From an uncultured Aliarcobacter sp. (GTDB lineage Bacteria; Campylobacterota; Campylobacteria; Campylobacterales; Arcobacteraceae): a stretch of DNA of 64,000 nt. Of the stretch, positions 1-12,156 are shown piece by piece (positions within the stretch are counted from its first letter, which is position 1; the number at the start of each line of letters is the position of its first letter). The stretch lies in NCBI GenBank assembly GCA_963677435.1, contig OY781945.1:1-64000 (forward strand), given 5' to 3'. A program made the position numbers and the translations under genes. The notes under the pieces are model-generated. The model was not told the DNA's origin and searched no databases. It saw only the letters and a program-made list of their open reading frames with translations.

Positions 1-3000
1 TCCACCCTCTGCCACACTTGATTTATCTACACTAATCTGTGCGTATACTGTATCTTCTGCACTTGGTGGATTTGTTGGTGTTGTATCATCTGTGATTGCA
101 CTATTTGCTACATTACTAGTTGATGAAACTGCTACTGCTTCATAGTTAGAGTTTGTATCTGTTACTCCACTAATTGTTGCAACTAATGGTTCACTTCCTT
201 CTGCTAAATAATCATCTATTGCTGTTACTTTAAATGTTGCTGTACTTCCACCTGTTACATCTACACTTGATGGTAATGCGCTTGTATCTGCTCCACTTGC
301 TGCTGCTCCTGTCCAATCTATTTGAACATTTACTTTATCACCTGCTGGTACTTCTACTGCGTTACCATCTTTATCTACTAATTTAACTGTATATGTTAAT
401 TCTCCACCCTCTGCCACACTTGATTTATCTACACTAATCTGTGCGTATACTGTATCTTCTGCACTTGGTGGATTTGTTGGTGTTGTATCATCTGTGATTG
501 CACTATTTGCTACATTACTAGTTGATGAAACTGCTACTGCTTCATAGTTAGAGTTTGTATCTGTTACTCCACTAATTGTTGCAACTAATGGTTCACTTCC
601 TTCTGCTAAATAATCATCTATTGCTGTTACTTTAAATGTTGCTGTACTTCCACCTGTTACATCTACACTTGATGGTAATGCGCTTGTATCTGCTCCACTT
701 GCTGCTGCTCCTGTCCAATCTATTTGAACATTTACTTTATCACCTGCTGGTACTTCTACTGCGTTACCATCTTTATCTACTAATTTAACTGTATATGTTA
801 ATTCTCCACCCTCTGCCACACTTGATTTATCTACACTAATCTGTGCGTATACTGTATCTTCTGCACTTGGTGGATTTGTTGGTGTTGTATCATCTGTGAT
901 TGCACTATTTGCTACATTACTAGTTGATGAAACTGCTACTGCTTCATAGTTAGAGTTTGTATCTGTTACTCCACTAATTGTTGCAACTAATGGTTCACTT
1001 CCTTCTGCTAAATAATCATCTATTGCTGTTACTTTAAATGTTGCTGTACTTCCACCTGTTACATCTACACTTGATGGTAATGCGCTTGTATCTGCTCCAC
1101 TTGCTGCTGCTCCTGTCCAATCTATTTGAACATTTACTTTATCACCTGCTGGTACTTCTACTGCGTTACCATCTTTATCTACTAATTTAACTGTATATGT
1201 TAATTCTCCACCCTCTGCCACACTTGATTTATCTACACTAATCTGTGCGTATACTGTATCTTCTGCACTTGGTGGATTTGTTGGTGTTGTATCATCTGTG
1301 ATTGCACTATTTGCTACATTACTAGTTGATGAAACTGCTACTGCTTCATAGTTAGAGTTTGTATCTGTTACTCCACTAATTGTTGCAACTAATGGTTCAC
1401 TTCCTTCTGCTAAATAATCATCTATTGCTGTTACTTTAAATGTTGCTGTACTTCCACCTGTTACATCTACACTTGATGGTAATGCGCTTGTATCTGCTCC
1501 ACTTGCTGCTGCTCCTGTCCAATCTATTTGAACATTTACTTTATCACCTGCTGGTACTTCTACTGCGTTACCATCTTTATCTACTAATTTAACTGTATAT
1601 GTTAATTCTCCACCCTCTGCCACACTTGATTTATCTACACTAATCTGTGCGTATACTGTATCTTCTGCACTTGGTGGATTTGTTGGTGTTGTATCATCTG
1701 TGATTGCACTATTTGCTACATTACTAGTTGATGAAACTGCTACTGCTTCATAGTTAGAGTTTGTATCTGTTACTCCACTAATTGTTGCAACTAATGGTTC
1801 ACTTCCTTCTGCTAAATAATCATCTATTGCTGTTACTTTAAATGTTGCTGTACTTCCACCTGTTACATCTACACTTGATGGTAATGCGCTTGTATCTGCT
1901 CCACTTGCTGCTGCTCCTGTCCAATCTATTTGAACATTTACTTTATCACCTGCTGGTACTTCTACTGCGTTACCATCTTTATCTACTAATTTAACTGTAT
2001 ATGTTAATTCTCCACCCTCTGCCACACTTGATTTATCTACACTAATCTGTGCGTATACTGTATCTTCTGCACTTGGTGGATTTGTTGGTGTTGTATCATC
2101 TGTGATTGCACTATTTGCTACATTACTAGTTGATGAAACTGCTACTGCTTCATAGTTAGAGTTTGTATCTGTTACTCCACTAATTGTTGCAACTAATGGT
2201 TCACTTCCTTCTGCTAAATAATCATCTATTGCTGTTACTTTAAATGTTGCTGTACTTCCACCTGTTACATCTACACTTGATGGTAATGCGCTTGTATCTG
2301 CTCCACTTGCTGCTGCTCCTGTCCAATCTATTTGAACATTTACTTTATCACCTGCTGGTACTTCTACTGCGTTACCATCTTTATCTACTAATTTAACTGT
2401 ATATGTTAATTCTCCACCCTCTGCCACACTTGATTTATCTACACTAATCTGTGCGTATACTGTATCTTCTGCACTTGGTGGATTTGTTGGTGTTGTATCA
2501 TCTGTGATTGCACTATTTGCTACATTACTAGTTGATGAAACTGCTACTGCTTCATAGTTAGAGTTTGTATCTGTTACTCCACTAATTGTTGCAACTAATG
2601 GTTCACTTCCTTCTGCTAAATAATCATCTATTGCTGTTACTTTAAATGTTGCTGTACTTCCACCTGTTACATCTACACTTGATGGTAATGCGCTTGTATC
2701 TGCTCCACTTGCTGCTGCTCCTGTCCAATCTATTTGAACATTTACTTTATCACCTGCTGGTACTTCTACTGCGTTACCATCTTTATCTACTAATTTAACT
2801 GTATATGTTAATTCTCCACCCTCTGCCACACTTGATTTATCTACACTAATCTGTGCGTATACTGTATCTTCTGCACTTGGTGGATTTGTTGGTGTTGTAT
2901 CATCTGTGATTGCACTATTTGCTACATTACTAGTTGATGAAACTGCTACTGCTTCATAGTTAGAGTTTGTATCTGTTACTCCACTAATTGTTGCAACTAA

Positions 3001-6000
3001 TGGTTCACTTCCTTCTGCTAAATAATCATCTATTGCTGTTACTTTAAATGTTGCTGTACTTCCACCTGTTACATCTACACTTGATGGTAATGCGCTTGTA
3101 TCTGCTCCACTTGCTGCTGCTCCTGTCCAATCTATTTGAACATTTACTTTATCACCTGCTGGTACTTCTACTGCGTTACCATCTTTATCTACTAATTTAA
3201 CTGTATATGTTAATTCTCCACCCTCTGCCACACTTGATTTATCTACACTAATCTGTGCGTATACTGTATCTTCTGCACTTGGTGGATTTGTTGGTGTTGT
3301 ATCATCTGTGATTGCACTATTTGCTACATTACTAGTTGATGAAACTGCTACTGCTTCATAGTTAGAGTTTGTATCTGTTACTCCACTAATTGTTGCAACT
3401 AATGGTTCACTTCCTTCTGCTAAATAATCATCTATTGCTGTTACTTTAAATGTTGCTGTACTTCCACCTGTTACATCTACACTTGATGGTAATGCGCTTG
3501 TATCTGCTCCACTTGCTGCTGCTCCTGTCCAATCTATTTGAACATTTACTTTATCACCTGCTGGTACTTCTACTGCGTTACCATCTTTATCTACTAATTT
3601 AACTGTATATGTTAATTCTCCACCCTCTGCCACACTTGATTTATCTACACTAATCTGTGCGTATACTGTATCTTCTGCACTTGGTGGATTTGTTGGTGTT
3701 GTATCATCTGTGATTGCACTATTTGCTACATTACTAGTTGATGAAACTGCTACTGCTTCATAGTTAGAGTTTGTATCTGTTACTCCACTAATTGTTGCAA
3801 CTAATGGTTCACTTCCTTCTGCTAAATAATCATCTATTGCTGTTACTTTAAATGTTGCTGTACTTCCACCTGTTACATCTACACTTGATGGTAATGCGCT
3901 TGTATCTGCTCCACTTGCTGCTGCTCCTGTCCAATCTATTTGAACATTTACTTTATCACCTGCTGGTACTTCTACTGCGTTACCATCTTTATCTACTAAT
4001 TTAACTGTATATGTTAATTCTCCACCCTCTGCCACACTTGATTTATCTACACTAATCTGTGCGTATACTGTATCTTCTGCACTTGGTGGATTTGTTGGTG
4101 TTGTATCATCTGTGATTGCACTATTTGCTACATTACTAGTTGATGAAACTGCTACTGCTTCATAGTTAGAGTTTGTATCTGTTACTCCACTAATTGTTGC
4201 AACTAATGGTTCACTTCCTTCTGCTAAATAATCATCTATTGCTGTTACTTTAAATGTTGCTGTACTTCCACCTGTTACATCTACACTTGATGGTAATGCG
4301 CTTGTATCTGCTCCACTTGCTGCTGCTCCTGTCCAATCTATTTGAACATTTACTTTATCACCTGCTGGTACTTCTACTGCGTTACCATCTTTATCTACTA
4401 ATTTAACTGTATATGTTAATTCTCCACCCTCTGCCACACTTGATTTATCTACACTAATCTGTGCGTATACTGTATCTTCTGCACTTGGTGGATTTGTTGG
4501 TGTTGTATCATCTGTGATTGCACTATTTGCTACATTACTAGTTGATGAAACTGCTACTGCTTCATAGTTAGAGTTTGTATCTGTTACTCCACTAATTGTT
4601 GCAACTAATGGTTCACTTCCTTCTGCTAAATAATCATCTATTGCTGTTACTTTAAATGTTGCTGTACTTCCACCTGTTACATCTACACTTGATGGTAATG
4701 CGCTTGTATCTGCTCCACTTGCTGCTGCTCCTGTCCAATCTATTTGAACATTTACTTTATCACCTGCTGGTACTTCTACTGCGTTACCATCTTTATCTAC
4801 TAATTTAACTGTATATGTTAATTCTCCACCCTCTGCCACACTTGATTTATCTACACTAATCTGTGCGTATACTGTATCTTCTGCACTTGGTGGATTTGTT
4901 GGTGTTGTATCATCTGTGATTGCACTATTTGCTACATTACTAGTTGATGAAACTGCTACTGCTTCATAGTTAGAGTTTGTATCTGTTACTCCACTAATTG
5001 TTGCAACTAATGGTTCACTTCCTTCTGCTAAATAATCATCTATTGCTGTTACTTTAAATGTTGCTGTACTTCCACCTGTTACATCTACACTTGATGGTAA
5101 TGCGCTTGTATCTGCTCCACTTGCTGCTGCTCCTGTCCAATCTATTTGAACATTTACTTTATCACCTGCTGGTACTTCTACTGCGTTACCATCTTTATCT
5201 ACTAATTTAACTGTATATGTTAATTCTCCACCCTCTGCCACACTTGATTTATCTACACTAATCTGTGCGTATACTGTATCTTCTGCACTTGGTGGATTTG
5301 TTGGTGTTGTATCATCTGTGATTGCACTATTTGCTACATTACTAGTTGATGAAACTGCTACTGCTTCATAGTTAGAGTTTGTATCTGTTACTCCACTAAT
5401 TGTTGCAACTAATGGTTCACTTCCTTCTGCTAAATAATCATCTATTGCTGTTACTTTAAATGTTGCTGTACTTCCACCTGTTACATCTACACTTGATGGT
5501 AATGCGCTTGTATCTGCTCCACTTGCTGCTGCTCCTGTCCAATCTATTTGAACATTTACTTTATCACCTGCTGGTACTTCTACTGCGTTACCATCTTTAT
5601 CTACTAATTTAACTGTATATGTTAATTCTCCACCCTCTGCCACACTTGATTTATCTACACTAATCTGTGCGTATACTGTATCTTCTGCACTTGGTGGATT
5701 TGTTGGTGTTGTATCATCTGTGATTGCACTATTTGCTACATTACTAGTTGATGAAACTGCTACTGCTTCATAGTTAGAGTTTGTATCTGTTACTCCACTA
5801 ATTGTTGCAACTAATGGTTCACTTCCTTCTGCTAAATAATCATCTATTGCTGTTACTTTAAATGTTGCTGTACTTCCACCTGTTACATCTACACTTGATG
5901 GTAATGCGCTTGTATCTGCTCCACTTGCTGCTGCTCCTGTCCAATCTATTTGAACATTTACTTTATCACCTGCTGGTACTTCTACTGCGTTACCATCTTT

Positions 6001-9000
6001 ATCTACTAATTTAACTGTATATGTTAATTCTCCACCCTCTGCCACACTTGATTTATCTACACTAATCTGTGCGTATACTGTATCTTCTGCACTTGGTGGA
6101 TTTGTTGGTGTTGTATCATCTGTGATTGCACTATTTGCTACATTACTAGTTGATGAAACTGCTACTGCTTCATAGTTAGAGTTTGTATCTGTTACTCCAC
6201 TAATTGTTGCAACTAATGGTTCACTTCCTTCTGCTAAATAATCATCTATTGCTGTTACTTTAAATGTTGCTGTACTTCCACCTGTTACATCTACACTTGA
6301 TGGTAATGCGCTTGTATCTGCTCCACTTGCTGCTGCTCCTGTCCAATCTATTTGAACATTTACTTTATCACCTGCTGGTACTTCTACTGCGTTACCATCT
6401 TTATCTACTAATTTAACTGTATATGTTAATTCTCCACCCTCTGCCACACTTGATTTATCTACACTAATCTGTGCGTATACTGTATCTTCTGCACTTGGTG
6501 GATTTGTTGGTGTTGTATCATCTGTGATTGCACTATTTGCTACATTACTAGTTGATGAAACTGCTACTGCTTCATAGTTAGAGTTTGTATCTGTTACTCC
6601 ACTAATTGTTGCAACTAATGGTTCACTTCCTTCTGCTAAATAATCATCTATTGCTGTTACTTTAAATGTTGCTGTACTTCCACCTGTTACATCTACACTT
6701 GATGGTAATGCGCTTGTATCTGCTCCACTTGCTGCTGCTCCTGTCCAATCTATTTGAACATTTACTTTATCACCTGCTGGTACTTCTACTGCGTTACCAT
6801 CTTTATCTACTAATTTAACTGTATATGTTAATTCTCCACCCTCTGCCACACTTGATTTATCTACACTAATCTGTGCGTATACTGTATCTTCTGCACTTGG
6901 TGGATTTGTTGGTGTTGTATCATCTGTGATTGCACTATTTGCTACATTACTAGTTGATGAAACTGCTACTGCTTCATAGTTAGAGTTTGTATCTGTTACT
7001 CCACTAATTGTTGCAACTAATGGTTCACTTCCTTCTGCTAAATAATCATCTATTGCTGTTACTTTAAATGTTGCTGTACTTCCACCTGTTACATCTACAC
7101 TTGATGGTAATGCGCTTGTATCTGCTCCACTTGCTGCTGCTCCTGTCCAATCTATTTGAACATTTACTTTATCACCTGCTGGTACTTCTACTGCGTTACC
7201 ATCTTTATCTACTAATTTAACTGTATATGTTAATTCTCCACCCTCTGCCACACTTGATTTATCTACACTAATCTGTGCGTATACTGTATCTTCTGCACTT
7301 GGTGGATTTGTTGGTGTTGTATCATCTGTGATTGCACTATTTGCTACATTACTAGTTGATGAAACTGCTACTGCTTCATAGTTAGAGTTTGTATCTGTTA
7401 CTCCACTAATTGTTGCAACTAATGGTTCACTTCCTTCTGCTAAATAATCATCTATTGCTGTTACTTTAAATGTTGCTGTACTTCCACCTGTTACATCTAC
7501 ACTTGATGGTAATGCGCTTGTATCTGCTCCACTTGCTGCTGCTCCTGTCCAATCTATTTGAACATTTACTTTATCACCTGCTGGTACTTCTACTGCGTTA
7601 CCATCTTTATCTACTAATTTAACTGTATATGTTAATTCTCCACCCTCTGCCACACTTGATTTATCTACACTAATCTGTGCGTATACTGTATCTTCTGCAC
7701 TTGGTGGATTTGTTGGTGTTGTATCATCTGTGATTGCACTATTTGCTACATTACTAGTTGATGAAACTGCTACTGCTTCATAGTTAGAGTTTGTATCTGT
7801 TACTCCACTAATTGTTGCAACTAATGGTTCACTTCCTTCTGCTAAATAATCATCTATTGCTGTTACTTTAAATGTTGCTGTACTTCCACCTGTTACATCT
7901 ACACTTGATGGTAATGCGCTTGTATCTGCTCCACTTGCTGCTGCTCCTGTCCAATCTATTTGAACATTTACTTTATCACCTGCTGGTACTTCTACTGCGT
8001 TACCATCTTTATCTACTAATTTAACTGTATATGTTAATTCTCCACCCTCTGCCACACTTGATTTATCTACACTAATCTGTGCGTATACTGTATCTTCTGC
8101 ACTTGGTGGATTTGTTGGTGTTGTATCATCTGTGATTGCACTATTTGCTACATTACTAGTTGATGAAACTGCTACTGCTTCATAGTTAGAGTTTGTATCT
8201 GTTACTCCACTAATTGTTGCAACTAATGGTTCACTTCCTTCTGCTAAATAATCATCTATTGCTGTTACTTTAAATGTTGCTGTACTTCCACCTGTTACAT
8301 CTACACTTGATGGTAATGCGCTTGTATCTGCTCCACTTGCTGCTGCTCCTGTCCAATCTATTTGAACATTTACTTTATCACCTGCTGGTACTTCTACTGC
8401 GTTACCATCTTTATCTACTAATTTAACTGTATATGTTAATTCTCCACCCTCTGCCACACTTGATTTATCTACACTAATCTGTGCGTATACTGTATCTTCT
8501 GCACTTGGTGGATTTGTTGGTGTTGTATCATCTGTGATTGCACTATTTGCTACATTACTAGTTGATGAAACTGCTACTGCTTCATAGTTAGAGTTTGTAT
8601 CTGTTACTCCACTAATTGTTGCAACTAATGGTTCACTTCCTTCTGCTAAATAATCATCTATTGCTGTTACTTTAAATGTTGCTGTACTTCCACCTGTTAC
8701 ATCTACACTTGATGGTAATGCGCTTGTATCTGCTCCACTTGCTGCTGCTCCTGTCCAATCTATTTGAACATTTACTTTATCACCTGCTGGTACTTCTACT
8801 GCGTTACCATCTTTATCTACTAATTTAACTGTATATGTTAATTCTCCACCCTCTGCCACACTTGATTTATCTACACTAATCTGTGCGTATACTGTATCTT
8901 CTGCACTTGGTGGATTTGTTGGTGTTGTATCATCTGTGATTGCACTATTTGCTACATTACTAGTTGATGAAACTGCTACTGCTTCATAGTTAGAGTTTGT

Positions 9001-12000
9001 ATCTGTTACTCCACTAATTGTTGCAACTAATGGTTCACTTCCTTCTGCTAAATAATCATCTATTGCTGTTACTTTAAATGTTGCTGTACTTCCACCTGTT
9101 ACATCTACACTTGATGGTAATGCGCTTGTATCTGCTCCACTTGCTGCTGCTCCTGTCCAATCTATTTGAACATTTACTTTATCACCTGCTGGTACTTCTA
9201 CTGCGTTACCATCTTTATCTACTAATTTAACTGTATATGTTAATTCTCCACCCTCTGCCACACTTGATTTATCTACACTAATCTGTGCGTATACTGTATC
9301 TTCTGCACTTGGTGGATTTGTTGGTGTTGTATCATCTGTGATTGCACTATTTGCTACATTACTAGTTGATGAAACTGCTACTGCTTCATAGTTAGAGTTT
9401 GTATCTGTTACTCCACTAATTGTTGCAACTAATGGTTCACTTCCTTCTGCTAAATAATCATCTATTGCTGTTACTTTAAATGTTGCTGTACTTCCACCTG
9501 TTACATCTACACTTGATGGTAATGCGCTTGTATCTGCTCCACTTGCTGCTGCTCCTGTCCAATCTATTTGAACATTTACTTTATCACCTGCTGGTACTTC
9601 TACTGCGTTACCATCTTTATCTACTAATTTAACTGTATATGTTAATTCTCCACCCTCTGCCACACTTGATTTATCTACACTAATCTGTGCGTATACTGTA
9701 TCTTCTGCACTTGGTGGATTTGTTGGTGTTGTATCATCTGTGATTGCACTATTTGCTACATTACTAGTTGATGAAACTGCTACTGCTTCATAGTTAGAGT
9801 TTGTATCTGTTACTCCACTAATTGTTGCAACTAATGGTTCACTTCCTTCTGCTAAATAATCATCTATTGCTGTTACTTTAAATGTTGCTGTACTTCCACC
9901 TGTTACATCTACACTTGATGGTAATGCGCTTGTATCTGCTCCACTTGCTGCTGCTCCTGTCCAATCTATTTGAACATTTACTTTATCACCTGCTGGTACT
10001 TCTACTGCGTTACCATCTTTATCTACTAATTTAACTGTATATGTTAATTCTCCACCCTCTGCCACACTTGATTTATCTACACTAATCTGTGCGTATACTG
10101 TATCTTCTGCACTTGGTGGATTTGTTGGTGTTGTATCATCTGTGATTGCACTATTTGCTACATTACTAGTTGATGAAACTGCTACTGCTTCATAGTTAGA
10201 GTTTGTATCTGTTACTCCACTAATTGTTGCAACTAATGGTTCACTTCCTTCTGCTAAATAATCATCTATTGCTGTTACTTTAAATGTTGCTGTACTTCCA
10301 CCTGTTACATCTACACTTGATGGTAATGCGCTTGTATCTGCTCCACTTGCTGCTGCTCCTGTCCAATCTATTTGAACATTTACTTTATCACCTGCTGGTA
10401 CTTCTACTGCGTTACCATCTTTATCTACTAATTTAACTGTATATGTTAATTCTCCACCCTCTGCCACACTTGATTTATCTACACTAATCTGTGCGTATAC
10501 TGTATCTTCTGCACTTGGTGGATTTGTTGGTGTTGTATCATCTGTGATTGCACTATTTGCTACATTACTAGTTGATGAAACTGCTACTGCTTCATAGTTA
10601 GAGTTTGTATCTGTTACTCCACTAATTGTTGCAACTAATGGTTCACTTCCTTCTGCTAAATAATCATCTATTGCTGTTACTTTAAATGTTGCTGTACTTC
10701 CACCTGTTACATCTACACTTGATGGTAATGCGCTTGTATCTGCTCCACTTGCTGCTGCTCCTGTCCAATCTATTTGAACATTTACTTTATCACCTGCTGG
10801 TACTTCTACTGCGTTACCATCTTTATCTACTAATTTAACTGTATATGTTAATTCTCCACCCTCTGCCACACTTGATTTATCTACACTAATCTGTGCGTAT
10901 ACTGTATCTTCTGCACTTGGTGGATTTGTTGGTGTTGTATCATCTGTGATTGCACTATTTGCTACATTACTAGTTGATGAAACTGCTACTGCTTCATAGT
11001 TAGAGTTTGTATCTGTTACTCCACTAATTGTTGCAACTAATGGTTCACTTCCTTCTGCTAAATAATCATCTATTGCTGTTACTTTAAATGTTGCTGTACT
11101 TCCACCTGTTACATCTACACTTGATGGTAATGCGCTTGTATCTGCTCCACTTGCTGCTGCTCCTGTCCAATCTATTTGAACATTTACTTTATCACCTGCT
11201 GGTACTTCTACTGCGTTACCATCTTTATCTACTAATTTAACTGTATATGTTAATTCTCCACCCTCTGCCACACTTGATTTATCTACACTAATCTGTGCGT
11301 ATACTGTATCTTCTGCACTTGGTGGATTTGTTGGTGTTGTATCATCTGTGATTGCACTATTTGCTACATTACTAGTTGATGAAACTGCTACTGCTTCATA
11401 GTTAGAGTTTGTATCTGTTACTCCACTAATTGTTGCAACTAATGGTTCACTTCCTTCTGCTAAATAATCATCTATTGCTGTTACTTTAAATGTTGCTGTA
11501 CTTCCACCTGTTACATCTACACTTGATGGTAATGCGCTTGTATCTGCTCCACTTGCTGCTGCTCCTGTCCAATCTATTTGAACATTTACTTTATCACCTG
11601 CTGGTACTTCTACTGCGTTACCATCTTTATCTACTAATTTAACTGTATATGTTAATTCTCCACCCTCTGCCACACTTGATTTATCTACACTAATCTGTGC
11701 GTATACTGTATCTTCTGCACTTGGTGGATTTGTTGGTGTTGTATCATCTGTGATTGCACTATTTGCTACATTACTAGTTGATGAAACTGCTACTGCTTCA
11801 TAGTTAGAGTTTGTATCTGTTACTCCACTAATTGTTGCAACTAATGGTTCACTTCCTTCTGCTAAATAATCATCTATTGCTGTTACTTTAAATGTTGCTG
11901 TACTTCCACCTGTTACATCTACACTTGATGGTAATGCGCTTGTATCTGCTCCACTTGCTGCTGCTCCTGTCCAATCTATTTGAACATTTACTTTATCACC

Positions 12001-12156
12001 TGCTGGTACTTCTACTGCGTTACCATCTTTATCTACTAATTTAACTGTATATGTTAATTCTCCACCCTCTGCCACACTTGATTTATCTACACTAATCTGT
12101 GCGTATACTGTATCTTCTGCACTTGGTGGGTTTGTTGGTGTTGTATCATCTGTGAT
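1..12156. repeat. Tandem array of ~30.2 copies of a 402-bp unit encoding a 134-aa Calx-beta/Ig-like domain
   Basis: TCCACCCTCT recurs at 1, 403, 805, 1207, 1609, 2011 ... 4021, 8041, 12061 (period 402). Unit translation: EDTVYAQISVDKSSVAEGGELTYTVKLVDKDGNAVEVPAGDKVNVQIDWTGAAASGADTSALPSSVDVTGGSTATFKVTAIDDYLAEGSEPLVATISGVTDTNSNYEAVAVSSTSNVANSAITDDTTPTNPPSA. The only difference I noticed is a synonymous A>G at 12130. Confidence 0.97.

Noticed and set aside
1..12156. CRISPR array or non-coding satellite
   Set aside because: Units are 402 bp (a multiple of 3), have no variable spacers, and read as one open frame on the minus strand.
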